A stretch of 64,000 nt of DNA from a virus, in the IMG/VR virus record IMGVR_UViG_3300028388_001808, positions 1 to 64,000 of that record. The stretch is one strand, 5' to 3'. Position numbers and translations under genes: made by a program. Numbering within the stretch: the first letter of the stretch is position 1; each line of letters starts with the position of its first letter. Shown here piece after piece: positions 20,036-30,308 of the stretch. The notes under the pieces are model-generated. The model made no database searches, was not told the DNA's origin, and worked only from the letters and a program-made list of their open reading frames with translations.

Positions 20036-20468
20036 AGCTAATCTTTATCAATATTAAAGAATCTTGAGGATAGTACAGTTCGTGTTCCTTCAATGCAGGA
20101 GTATTTAGACGTTCTCCTGGCAATACTACAGAACCAGTTACTTTCTCTTCCAGTCTTCCTTTAAGAACTATGTACTCTTCATGTTCCGTGTGTATGTGTA
20201 GCGGAATAGTTGTTCCTGCTTCAGCCACTCCAATATACACCCTACCATTTTTAAAATCATTAGCAGAAATATACGGGATAGCGAGCTTCTCGTCGCCTTT
20301 AAGGTTTCTAATGTTTTGAACTCTACGTTCGCTAACACCGTCAAACACTTCAGCATAGGAGCCGTTTATGTTGTGTCTAGATACGACAATAGCATCAGAG
20401 TTTATGTCTTTCTTCATCATATCCTGAAGAACTAAAACGTAATGTGAAATATGTGCTGTTTTTTCCAT
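20016..20468 (-). CDS. Cupin-domain protein
   Basis: Cupin motif 1 GTTIPLHIHTEHEEYIVLKG and motif 2 PGERLNTPALKEH. Confidence 0.75.
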   Translation of the reverse strand: MEKTAHISHYVLVLQDMMKKDINSDAIVVSRHNINGSYAEVFDGVSERRVQNIRNLKGDEKLAIPYISANDFKNGRVYIGVAEAGTTIPLHIHTEHEEYIVLKGRLEEKVTGSVVLPGERLNTPALKEHELYYPQDSLILIKISYDTKSI

Positions 20469-20770
20469 TATTTAATCCTTTCTTGTAGAACTCTAATCAC
20501 ATCTTCTTTTAGGGTTCTCGTGTCTTCCAGACGCAGTTTAAGTTCTATAAGAGTTTTAGTCACTTCCGCGCTGTACTTATCATTTGCTTTATCTTTTGAA
20601 AGTACGACTTTATACAATCTAACTACTGTAATAGCCAGTACCACATTCGCCAGTAGCGACAAAGACAAAGCTATTCCATAACCCACAGCATTATATGGAG
20701 AAGCATCAAAAGCATGTCTTATCATGTCTTCCACTACTTCTATAGTAGCGATGTCTTGTAAAAATAACAT
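20468..20770 (-). CDS. Single-TM membrane protein (holin-like)
   Basis: Hydrophobic segment YGIALSLSLLANVVLAITVV followed by a coiled coil. Confidence 0.45.
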   Translation of the reverse strand: MLFLQDIATIEVVEDMIRHAFDASPYNAVGYGIALSLSLLANVVLAITVVRLYKVVLSKDKANDKYSAEVTKTLIELKLRLEDTRTLKEDVIRVLQERIK

Positions 20771-20780
20771 AACATGAGAT

Positions 20781-22325
20781 TTACTGGCATGTAGTAACTA
20801 CTACACTTTCGCCAGAACATATAATTTGTATAGTAACAGTAGCTTCGTTAGAAGTTCCAGTTTCTCCAGAGTCTCCTCCATTATTGTTGGATACTGTATA
20901 TTTGAACGTAACAGTACCAGAATATGATTCTGGAGCGTAATATACTACTGTACCGTCACCTACAACATTTAACGTACCTACTGAAGGTTGCTCAGTTATT
21001 GTCAGTGTGTTTGGATCAAAGTCTGACCCATTAGCATTATCATTAGCAAGAAGGTCTATCGTAACAGAGCCGTTACATGCTACAGTTTCAGTATCAGCTA
21101 CTGCTGTAGGAGCAATTTGATAATCCAACAGTACAAAATATGCCGGTTCGTTACTTACATTTCCTTCTGTGTCTTCTAAAGAAAACTGAAAGCAATCACA
21201 TATACCTGGACCAGCGTTTACTGGAAGCTCGTAGGTTATTTTCTTATGAGCCGCAGAGTAGACTACGTTAGGATTTGCTACGTCGTCATAGCCATTAGCT
21301 TCTCCCAACACTGTAGCAGATTGCTGAGTGCCAGAATCTTTAAATTTAAGACTGTTCCAGTCTACATTTTCCGCCGGAACAGGGTGATTTGAGATATCGA
21401 TCTCTATCGTATCGGTAGCAAGTTTACCACTTGCATCCATTTGATAGGTTTTGTCTTTGAAGTAAATCTGAGCCTGTGCTTCGCATTCAGCTACCTCTAC
21501 GGTTATCGTTCCTGTGTTACTTCTTATACCCAAGACATCTTTTACAGAATAGGAAAGCTGGTACGTCCCAGCAGCAAGATTGGCTGGTGCGCTTAGTTTA
21601 ATCCAGTTTTCAGCAATTGCGAAAGGAGTACCACTGGGAATAGCAGCAAACGGATGTTCAATTCCTATGTTTGCAGATGTAGGTCCAAAAGAAAGTGTCT
21701 TCCAATCAAGTGCAGAAGAAGATTGCACATTTAGGTAGATGGAATTATTCTGTCTCGACCCATCAGGAAGACACACTAAAGCCGTAGAAAGGTCATAGGC
21801 TATAGGTCGAGTAAATATGTAGTTGATATTTGTGAATTCAGTACAGCCTGATGAATTTTTTACAATTACAGAAATAGGAGTACTTTCAGGCAGAGTATTA
21901 GGAGATACCAGGGATAGAGAAATAAATGGATTATTTGTGTCTGCTTGAGGATCAGATAACTCGAATACAGTAGGATCGTAGTTCCATAGATATTCGTATG
22001 TATCTGTTATAGGTGAGGCTACTACACTGAACGTAAAGTCATTTACAGATATGGGCGAAATCTCAAAATTAAGACATGGGTTTGCTACAGCTATAGCAAA
22101 GTTTTGAGTGCAATCGTCTTGACTGACTACTGTAAGTACAATGCTTGCAGACTCTCGACAAGCATCGTTCGGAAAAGATACCTGAAATTGTATTTTTCCG
22201 AATTCGTCCGACGTACCACTGGCAGGAGTAAAAGACACGCAGTCTTGACCTGACGTATCTGCAAGAGAGTAAGTCCAGGGACCAATACCACCAGCTACAT
22301 ATTTCGTGATTGTTACAGTAATCAT
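20781..22325 (-). CDS. Ig-like repeat protein (C-terminal cadherin/Big_9-like domain)
   Basis: APTAVAD...VTIDLLAND...GTVVYYAP...FKYTV pattern. Confidence 0.65.
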   Translation of the reverse strand: MITVTITKYVAGGIGPWTYSLADTSGQDCVSFTPASGTSDEFGKIQFQVSFPNDACRESASIVLTVVSQDDCTQNFAIAVANPCLNFEISPISVNDFTFSVVASPITDTYEYLWNYDPTVFELSDPQADTNNPFISLSLVSPNTLPESTPISVIVKNSSGCTEFTNINYIFTRPIAYDLSTALVCLPDGSRQNNSIYLNVQSSSALDWKTLSFGPTSANIGIEHPFAAIPSGTPFAIAENWIKLSAPANLAAGTYQLSYSVKDVLGIRSNTGTITVEVAECEAQAQIYFKDKTYQMDASGKLATDTIEIDISNHPVPAENVDWNSLKFKDSGTQQSATVLGEANGYDDVANPNVVYSAAHKKITYELPVNAGPGICDCFQFSLEDTEGNVSNEPAYFVLLDYQIAPTAVADTETVACNGSVTIDLLANDNANGSDFDPNTLTITEQPSVGTLNVVGDGTVVYYAPESYSGTVTFKYTVSNNNGGDSGETGTSNEATVTIQIICSGESVVVTTCQ

Positions 22326-22666
22326 ATCAGTGGATAGTTAGAAATGTAGATTATATCGTTACAAGAAACTGTTTCTTCGTCTGTCAGTGTTAGTATGCAT
22401 GAAGAGTCTGTAACGGTAGAACCGAGACAATCTGCATTAGTTCTTTTGTATTCGTAGTTTTCAATAAAACGATTTATATCTTGTATTTCACAATCGGGAA
22501 GTACACAGTCTTTTGATACAAGCCATTTGTATCTGTGTGCTTTGTCCATATTACTTTCGTAGTCTTTACATGATATGTCATTGACATAAGCATCTATCCA
22601 CGCAGCTACAATGTCTGCATGGATACATTTAAGTAACGAAAGTGCATTATTGACTAGCATCCGCAA
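22322..22666 (-). CDS. Cys-rich hypothetical structural protein (possible tail hub)
   Basis: In operon with overlapping start/stop. Confidence 0.45.
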   Translation of the reverse strand: MRMLVNNALSLLKCIHADIVAAWIDAYVNDISCKDYESNMDKAHRYKWLVSKDCVLPDCEIQDINRFIENYEYKRTNADCLGSTVTDSSCILTLTDEETVSCNDIIYISNYPLI

Positions 22667-23139
22667 TCTTCGGTTGTTGTTGAGGAATTCAATTCAGATA
22701 GAAGAAGGCTATAAGCTTTTACCATATAAGTACAATCGCAATCACCGCATCCTTCTAAGTCAACAAGAGCATCATAGAGGTTTCTTACTTTAGAAGTAGG
22801 ATTATCTATTTGATACTCATGTACAGTACAGAGAAGATCAGAGCAGTCTGAGAAAAAACAATATTCTTCGTACTGCTCTGGTTCTCCTGTAGGAGTCAGG
22901 CTTAACCTTACTCCGTAGACTGAAGTCTCCCATTCAGTAAGACCAAAGTCAGAAGGATTAAGGTCTATAGTATCTACAGTAACATCTACATCTTCTATCG
23001 TTCTTGCGTCTTTATCCGCGCCGTTTAGAGACGGATAGAGTTTCATGGTATAACCACTAGGGTTACTCAGAAAAGTAGATAGTAGAGTAGAAGTGACCGT
23101 AACGGCTTCGCATGTATGGGAGACTGTCATTTTAGTCAA
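22654..23139 (-). CDS. Putative tail hub protein
   Basis: Cys-rich C-terminus ending DCGC; position in the structural operon. Confidence 0.45.
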   Translation of the reverse strand: MTKMTVSHTCEAVTVTSTLLSTFLSNPSGYTMKLYPSLNGADKDARTIEDVDVTVDTIDLNPSDFGLTEWETSVYGVRLSLTPTGEPEQYEEYCFFSDCSDLLCTVHEYQIDNPTSKVRNLYDALVDLEGCGDCDCTYMVKAYSLLLSELNSSTTTEDCGC

Positions 23140-23140
23140 T

Positions 23141-23944
23141 TTAGTCGGTAATAAATACAGCAGCTACATCACCATCTACGCTGCGAAATACAGGCAACTG
23201 TCTAGTTTGCCCATCTTGAGTCTGCACAATACGCTCCTCAGAAAAGACAAGAAGTTCGTTCGAGTTGAGTGTGCTTTGCAGTTCGGTAATAAGCTGATCA
23301 ATTTCTGTCGTGATTCCAGCATTTGTAGCCTTCATTTCTTCCAGCTTTTTAGCTGTCTTTGCGTCATCACTGGCAGGGATATTGATCACCATGAAGCAAT
23401 TTGTCCCGAACGGAACAATGGTAGTGACGATAGCAGATTCATCTACTTCAGTCGTCGCTGGGTTGTCAATTCCCTGAAGGCGCATTCGTTCGTTAGGCAA
23501 CTGGAATAGCCAGAAGTCAGCATAGGAGCTACCAAAGATGAACAGACGCACTTTTACAGAGTCCTGATCGAACAGAAATTGAGGACCGAGTACAGAGGAC
23601 TTTTCAGTTACATAATTACCTCCTGTCAGTGTTTCCCACAATCCACCATAGGTGCGAGTAAGTTCGTTCAGTTGAGGACGACCATTGACTGCTTGTGCTG
23701 CTGAGGCTCCCCAGGAGCTTGCAAAGTTGATCGGACCGTTACGAGAGATCGTTACTACTTCGCTGGAATCACCAGTCTGTCCTACGATCTTTACATCACG
23801 CGAAAGCAGCGTACCATCAGCATCGTAGTCAATGTCTACGGCGTACCACTTTCCGTCGATTTGCTCGAAGTAGCTGCTATCTACTTGAGCATAAGTCACT
23901 GCTGCGATCAGAATAGCAGCCAGAGTAATAAGAATTCGTTTCAT
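23141..23944 (-). CDS. Hypothetical protein with Sec signal peptide
   Basis: ATG at 23944 gives MKRILITLAAILIAAVTYA|QVDS. Confidence 0.6.
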   Translation of the reverse strand: MKRILITLAAILIAAVTYAQVDSSYFEQIDGKWYAVDIDYDADGTLLSRDVKIVGQTGDSSEVVTISRNGPINFASSWGASAAQAVNGRPQLNELTRTYGGLWETLTGGNYVTEKSSVLGPQFLFDQDSVKVRLFIFGSSYADFWLFQLPNERMRLQGIDNPATTEVDESAIVTTIVPFGTNCFMVINIPASDDAKTAKKLEEMKATNAGITTEIDQLITELQSTLNSNELLVFSEERIVQTQDGQTRQLPVFRSVDGDVAAVFITD

Positions 23945-23979
23945 TGTTGTCAAGTTATTTTGTTCAAAAGTTAAAGTTA

Positions 23980-26900
23980 CTAAAGTTTTGTGATTGTCAA
24001 CTTCATGGCATCAATGTAAGCCGATCCAGTAGTATTGTCTGCATCAAAATAGATATCTACGAAATCGTTGGTGCTTAGCTGAACAATTGCCGAACTGCCT
24101 AGCGTCTCATATTCTCCTGCTGTAGTTATCGTTGCGGCAGAATTCGACCCAACTTCTTCTGAATTGTTTACAAATATCCATCCCTCCACAACAGTTCCAT
24201 TAACAGTATGCGTCAGTGTAGCATCCCACTGAATAAGAAAATATGCTGTTTCTGCTCCGTCATAGTTAAGTCGAGCAGAAGACATGGTGAAGTTAGCTGT
24301 TGTTCCACCTGTTACATCTAATGGTTTGACTATACCTCCATTTAACAGAAGAGTGTCCGGATCAGCATCGTCGATGTACATTTCGGCGTAGGAAAAGGCG
24401 CGTTCAATTATTTTTCCGTCAGATTGTACGGAAAGGCTTTGGGCGGTTGGGGTGCCAGTGATATTGCCAGCACCATAGTCTGGAAATTCAATGCCATCCA
24501 ATTCACCCTTTACAATTATTCTTGGACTAACAATAGAATCCCACTCTGTCTCAATATAATATGCTACTTGGGCTTTTCCCGAAGACCCTTGCACTTGTTC
24601 AACCTTGCTGTATAGATTGACCATAGATCGCGCATAACCAATACGCGAACCAAAAGTCGGCATTTGCATAATGTGTTGTTGCTTATATCCAAAACCTGTA
24701 TTCACAGCCAGCCTTCCACCACCATTACCACCAAAAGAAGGGCCATATTCATACACCTGTACAGGCCACACGCTGCTTGTACTAACATCCCTATAACTTA
24801 CGGTTATAGGGGAAGCGTCAGTACGGTTTACCAAAATGAAAAGGGGGTTTCTCCCTTCAAGTTGAACACTTGACCCTGTGGCGGTACTTGTATTTTTCAC
24901 ATACAACATATTAGATGCTACATTCGAGCCTGATAAAGATAGTTTTGTTCCATCGTAAGTCATCGTGGAACTTTGAATCAGTTTTGAACCATCCGAATAA
25001 GGAATCCGGTTTGCTGTGAAACTAGCTGCATCAGCCTTTGGCAAGAAATACCAATTACTTCCATCATGCCCTTTGAACCAGTTGTAATATTCGAGTACCC
25101 CGGCAGCACCTACAATGTCACCTGATTCGGAGCCAAGACGTAAACCGCCTGTGGCAATGTCTAGCGTGTACTCAGGTATTTTTCCTACACCTAAGTTGCC
25201 AAGTTTAGTAGAGCCATTAAATGCTGCTATAACGTCACCTGGATTCCCTCCATCGTTAGATATGCCGCCAGACAGTACAAGATCACCACCGTTCGCAGCT
25301 CCTCCTTCCCAATTTGAATCTGTATCAGATGCTTTGATGTAAAACCAGTCTGCCCATTGAGTAGTAGTGGCATTACCAGCACCTCCATATAAAAGAGCGT
25401 TTTTATCTGCACTCAATCTGCTGGTTGCTCCGTTTCCGCCTGTAATGGAAATACTATATTGTCCAAACAAAGAATTTCCAACCTGCACGAATGGTTCTGA
25501 ATTAGCAAACCCAGCTGATGTTGTAATGTATCGATTCCAAGCACCCACGTTGGTCGTTAAAATTCTAACTCTGTTGTCTGATTCTACAATAAGACCAAGA
25601 GAAGAAGAATATGCAGGGTCTTGATGTATTCTTTGATATTGGCCAGAATAGTAAATACTTAGTTTTTCGCCACTATCCTGAAATATAACGTCTCCATCAA
25701 CTTGCAGCCGATAGGCTCCCAAATCTGCCGTACCTAATAGCAGCTCAGAACCGTTCCATAAAAAGTTGCTGTTTCCAGTCAAACTATTTGTCCCATCCCA
25801 ATAAGCTACCTGATTCGCAACACCACTGCCGCTTACATTACCTGCGCCACCTGCGGCAACGATGCTTGTCGGGGTTGCGTATTTTAGCGTGTCATCATCA
25901 AAAACAGCAATCCTACTAACGCTTAAATCTTCGCGTAGATGGAAGTATCGTTGGTTAAATGTGTTTTCAGTAGCACTATATTCAACTAATGTCCGGGGGT
26001 ATCCTGGGCCAGTAGTAGTATCTGGATAAGTTTGAATTTGAATTTTTCCAGGAATACCAGTATATGTAGACTCGTCAATTTTAGAAACAGGCCCAGACCT
26101 TATGACCACATTACCTGAATTATCATCACTTGCGGAACCTATTCCACCTTCAATTACTACATTTCCTCCTATTCTGTTCGCAATTGTTCCTTTTGAGCCT
26201 CTGATGTTTAAATTTGACTGCAAAGTAAATCCAATTATATTGTCAGTGTACATCCCGCGTACAGTTCCCAACTCTGCACCAAAAAAGCTGCTGCCGCCTA
26301 CTTTATTCAAATACCCAATAATGGCCGAGTTAGTGCCTGACTCGTTTTCAAAGGAAATTACACTTTCATTTGATGAAGAATTATGTACTAATTTCAACCT
26401 ATCATTTGAAAATTGAACTTTCATTCCTTCCCCAGTAATAGCCCCTCCGTCTGTAATCATTACTATATTTCCTTCTGGCCATATATCAGCAGCAGCATAT
26501 ATATTTCCACCTACTTGTAACTTAAAATTACCTGCATCTCCTCCTTGATTTATGTACAATTCCCCAGACTTATAATAAAAACTACTTGAAGTTACAAGCT
26601 TGTTTCCATCGCTATACGGTATCCTATTGACTGCCCAACTCGCAGCATCCGACCACGGCAAATAATAAAAACTTGACCCATCACCACCTCTAAAGCCGTT
26701 GCCGTCTGTGTCGTAGTACAGCAAACCTTTCGCTTGTACTGGGTCTGACGATTGCGGTGTGATATACAAGCCATCTGTTCCAATGTTTACTAAGCCAGTT
26801 GTTGCGGTTGTACCAAAAGACCATTCACCACTATATTTGATCCTTCCTTTTTCTGACCCGTTCGTATAAAAAAGAACTGTAGGGCCGCCAAGCACACCAA

Positions 26901-29031
26901 TACCTGTACGGGAATCTGTCATCGCACCCTCCATTATTCTGAACTTATCGGAAACCTCAATGTAATAACCGGACTGCGTTCTTACATGACGCGGATATAG
27001 GGTGTTATTGCTTTCGTAAATATTAGAATTAACAAGTGTTGTTCCTGTTGCATCCCAATGCGGAAGATAATTTTCCGTACCGCTACCACTGACATTCCCA
27101 GCACCACCGGCTGCTACAATGTCTGCTGCTGTGGTTTCGATAAAACGACCATCGGTATCCCAAGCTGCCCAAGTGGAGGGAGTGCCTGTTAAAGTGTTGT
27201 CGCCATAAAGAGGAAGAATCAATCCTGCGCTATCAAGCTGTGAAGCGTAAGTTAGATTATCGTCTACAAGTATGTATGTTCGAAAACCTACATCAGCATG
27301 ATTGTTATTATCATCATTAAGTACGATCGGAATAACTCGTGCTACTTCTTTGTCATAAGAACTTAAGCCAGTACCAAATGTGTAATCCCAGGTAATCGAC
27401 CTGCCACCACCAACCGCTACAAAGAAATTACCAGTTTGATTCGTAGACGCGATTCCACCTATTCTTATAGCTTGCCTCTGCGAAGAACTTGCGCTATTCT
27501 GCACACCGCCCAACAATAACGTTGGCTTGTTTGAATTTTCAGGAGGAACTATAAACATAGGCCACACGTCAACATCATTAGTCTCAAATTGAGCTGTCGC
27601 GTGAAATGTTGTGGTTCCGTATCCATCCACGAATAAAGCGTTTTGGACAGAATGCCCGCGAATATGAACTACCCCAAGGTTCGATGTTCCAAGACTATTT
27701 CCGAACATGGCCCTCTCAACATGAATTTCGTCATTGGAGTAGAAAAAATCTGCCGCATCAGTAGTAAGTTTATTTCCATCGCTGTACGGCACAGCACCAC
27801 TTGACCAGTTATCCGAATCTGCCCAGGGCAAATACCTTTCTACACCGTTATACCCTTGGAATCCACCAGCATCAGTATTATACCTCAGCATCCCATTCTG
27901 CCAAATAGGGTCTTGTGCGTCACTACCACTAGGAAGTACCAAAGCGCCTGTCAGAGCAGAAGCGTTCAGAACAGTTGAAGAGTACGAAATATCCGCATCA
28001 GCAATCGTCTGATCTGTGTCCCAATAAGCCAACTGATTCGTCAATCCTCCACCAGTAACTACGTCAGGAGGCAATATGCTGGACAGTGTAGCGAAGGAAG
28101 GATCAGCCAGTGAACCGTCACCAGTCCACACCATAAGCGAAATAGTGTCTGCATCTACAGATGGCGAGCTGTTCGCAAACAGGTACTTGTCGTAGAACTG
28201 GATGGAAGATGCTGTGGTATCCTCCATATTGATACTGATCCAGTTGTACGTATCGTTATTGTTGTTCAGGTTCTTTCGCTGTACTCGCCAGTACAGTATA
28301 GAATCTGTAGGAACAGACAACATTTTATTGTAAGTTGCTGCTCCAGGTTTTCTCCAACCTAAACCATAGAAGTTTCTAGCATTATTCTTTATTACTCCAC
28401 CGTATGCTCCATAGTTAGAGTTAAAGTTGCCAAGCGTTCTCCACATGGCGTCATCACTATCGGTAGCCATAGATAATTCTGTTTGACCGATTCCTATCTG
28501 ACCGTTACTATAGTTTTGACCAGCATATAGGATCATATTTCTGTCATAGAAGTCAATCGCTACCTGCCTCTGCTCGGCAGAATCACCGAGTGCAATTGTC
28601 ATATTCTCACCCTGTGGAGAATAGTATATTCCGCTTTCGTTAAAAGTAAAATCTCTATCAGGAAAATTAGGCCAGTAGCCCAAAGCAAATCCTTTGTAAG
28701 ACTCTAAAGCTAATGAAGTAGATGCTACCTCTGCATAAGTTGAATCAGGTACAGTATCACTCCCACTATATATCCCGTTGCCGTCTACGCTCACTAATCG
28801 TTGCCAATATTGTCCATCATAAAACCAGAATTGACTGCTATCTTGAGCATAAGTAACAATCCCTGGATATTTCCATGTAACGCTAGATGTATCAGCAAGA
28901 TTAGTCAAAGTGTCCCTTGTGTCTATAGGTTGATTCGACGCAACACTAAAATTCGTGTTTACGGTAATCTGTCCAAACGCACTTGCTGCAATAAAGAGCA
29001 ACAGAATACTAACGAATAAATTGATACGCAT
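23980..29031 (-). CDS. Long fibre-like protein (1683 aa) with signal peptide, three internal repeats and a probable C1q/TNF-like C-terminal head
   Basis: Gly/Ser/Thr/Asn-rich beta content; three YLPW..PYSDGxKL repeats; C-terminal ...SSAIVQLSTNDFVDIY...LTITKL. Confidence 0.65.
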   Translation of the reverse strand: MRINLFVSILLLFIAASAFGQITVNTNFSVASNQPIDTRDTLTNLADTSSVTWKYPGIVTYAQDSSQFWFYDGQYWQRLVSVDGNGIYSGSDTVPDSTYAEVASTSLALESYKGFALGYWPNFPDRDFTFNESGIYYSPQGENMTIALGDSAEQRQVAIDFYDRNMILYAGQNYSNGQIGIGQTELSMATDSDDAMWRTLGNFNSNYGAYGGVIKNNARNFYGLGWRKPGAATYNKMLSVPTDSILYWRVQRKNLNNNNDTYNWISINMEDTTASSIQFYDKYLFANSSPSVDADTISLMVWTGDGSLADPSFATLSSILPPDVVTGGGLTNQLAYWDTDQTIADADISYSSTVLNASALTGALVLPSGSDAQDPIWQNGMLRYNTDAGGFQGYNGVERYLPWADSDNWSSGAVPYSDGNKLTTDAADFFYSNDEIHVERAMFGNSLGTSNLGVVHIRGHSVQNALFVDGYGTTTFHATAQFETNDVDVWPMFIVPPENSNKPTLLLGGVQNSASSSQRQAIRIGGIASTNQTGNFFVAVGGGRSITWDYTFGTGLSSYDKEVARVIPIVLNDDNNNHADVGFRTYILVDDNLTYASQLDSAGLILPLYGDNTLTGTPSTWAAWDTDGRFIETTAADIVAAGGAGNVSGSGTENYLPHWDATGTTLVNSNIYESNNTLYPRHVRTQSGYYIEVSDKFRIMEGAMTDSRTGIGVLGGPTVLFYTNGSEKGRIKYSGEWSFGTTATTGLVNIGTDGLYITPQSSDPVQAKGLLYYDTDGNGFRGGDGSSFYYLPWSDAASWAVNRIPYSDGNKLVTSSSFYYKSGELYINQGGDAGNFKLQVGGNIYAAADIWPEGNIVMITDGGAITGEGMKVQFSNDRLKLVHNSSSNESVISFENESGTNSAIIGYLNKVGGSSFFGAELGTVRGMYTDNIIGFTLQSNLNIRGSKGTIANRIGGNVVIEGGIGSASDDNSGNVVIRSGPVSKIDESTYTGIPGKIQIQTYPDTTTGPGYPRTLVEYSATENTFNQRYFHLREDLSVSRIAVFDDDTLKYATPTSIVAAGGAGNVSGSGVANQVAYWDGTNSLTGNSNFLWNGSELLLGTADLGAYRLQVDGDVIFQDSGEKLSIYYSGQYQRIHQDPAYSSSLGLIVESDNRVRILTTNVGAWNRYITTSAGFANSEPFVQVGNSLFGQYSISITGGNGATSRLSADKNALLYGGAGNATTTQWADWFYIKASDTDSNWEGGAANGGDLVLSGGISNDGGNPGDVIAAFNGSTKLGNLGVGKIPEYTLDIATGGLRLGSESGDIVGAAGVLEYYNWFKGHDGSNWYFLPKADAASFTANRIPYSDGSKLIQSSTMTYDGTKLSLSGSNVASNMLYVKNTSTATGSSVQLEGRNPLFILVNRTDASPITVSYRDVSTSSVWPVQVYEYGPSFGGNGGGRLAVNTGFGYKQQHIMQMPTFGSRIGYARSMVNLYSKVEQVQGSSGKAQVAYYIETEWDSIVSPRIIVKGELDGIEFPDYGAGNITGTPTAQSLSVQSDGKIIERAFSYAEMYIDDADPDTLLLNGGIVKPLDVTGGTTANFTMSSARLNYDGAETAYFLIQWDATLTHTVNGTVVEGWIFVNNSEEVGSNSAATITTAGEYETLGSSAIVQLSTNDFVDIYFDADNTTGSAYIDAMKLTITKL

Positions 29032-30298
29032 ATCCTAAAGTAGTTGTAGTTGTATTAAGTTTGTACATCTTGTAGGGAACGTCTACCCAGTCATTCAGAA
29101 GGCCGCTGGAACTTACCAATACATCATAAGCAGTGAAGCTTGATGTGACATTAAATCCATTGTGGTCTATGATCTGGCTAAGCGTGAAGTCTCCCCATGT
29201 CTTAGGGACAAGATAGTAGATAAATCCTGATCCAGTCAAGGTTACAGTCTTATTTCCTTCCGTCTGCACCAATTTGGTAAGAGTGTACGGATCGCCACCG
29301 ACAGAGAAATCTGTGGCTGACATGCCATACAGCACCGGATAAACACCTTGTATGGTTCTGGTAGAAGAAGTAGCTAGTCCTGATTCAGCACCAAACACCC
29401 AGTTTTGCCTCGCCTGAAAACTGTAACTCAATTCATTGTAAGTGCCTGTGCCTCCCTGCTGAGGGGTGAAAGTGATACTGGCGGAATAGCTGGTTCCAGC
29501 ACCAAAGTTATCAAGGGTGTCTATACCTGGACTGGTTCTTCGAAGAACACCCCCAGACAGTGTAGCAGAACCAGGATTAGTCGTAGAGCCTGAAATAGTG
29601 TAGGATTGACTAGTTCCTACCTGAATAGGTGTAGTCATACCGGAAATAGACAAAGTAGGAGCTGTAAAGTACCACCATTCAAGCCACTGTTTAATCGATG
29701 ATCCTCCTATATTCGTGCCAATAGTAGGCACTCTGAGAATATTTCGATTAGAGTCAAACGCCAAGTCCAGTGTTACTGTAGTGGTGTCACCACCAGGAAA
29801 GATAAGAAATATAGTGTCTCCATTAGCATAAGCCGTATCTAAGGCGAAGTTATAAATTAGACTGTCTAGCATCAGCCAGTTATCAGTCATCATCTGGCTT
29901 TCTTGTTGTTCTGTTATGTAGTTGCTTCCGTTAGGTGGTATGATGTTAAGTTTCAGGTTTTCAGAAGGCGCGTACAGCGCACCTCTACCTTCGAATGGTT
30001 TTGCAGTTCCTCCGATATTAGATACGTCTACACGCACGATAAAACCAGAAACTACTATAGAGTCATCTTCTATACGATACTTGTTTCCATAAGAATCGAA
30101 TAATATGTATCCAACCTGTATACTGTCGATTGAATAAGTAGAAGACCCGACCAATGCCAAATTACCCTGCCAGTCTGCTGTGCCTGTAGCAGTAAATGTG
30201 CCTATAGCAACATTAAGATTATACTGTGTTTTCGTAGAATCTTGCGAGAAAACTGACAGTGGAAGTAACAGGGCGATGATCCAAATTAGAGTACGCAT
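29009..30298 (-). CDS. Beta-rich structural-type protein with signal peptide
   Basis: Likely start ATG 30298 (MRTLIWIIALLLPLSVFS|QDST); the track start at 30379 overlaps the upstream gene. Confidence 0.6.
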   Translation of the reverse strand: MRTLIWIIALLLPLSVFSQDSTKTQYNLNVAIGTFTATGTADWQGNLALVGSSTYSIDSIQVGYILFDSYGNKYRIEDDSIVVSGFIVRVDVSNIGGTAKPFEGRGALYAPSENLKLNIIPPNGSNYITEQQESQMMTDNWLMLDSLIYNFALDTAYANGDTIFLIFPGGDTTTVTLDLAFDSNRNILRVPTIGTNIGGSSIKQWLEWWYFTAPTLSISGMTTPIQVGTSQSYTISGSTTNPGSATLSGGVLRRTSPGIDTLDNFGAGTSYSASITFTPQQGGTGTYNELSYSFQARQNWVFGAESGLATSSTRTIQGVYPVLYGMSATDFSVGGDPYTLTKLVQTEGNKTVTLTGSGFIYYLVPKTWGDFTLSQIIDHNGFNVTSSFTAYDVLVSSSGLLNDWVDVPYKMYKLNTTTTTLGYAYQFIR

Positions 30299-30308
30299 AT
30301 TTATTCTT

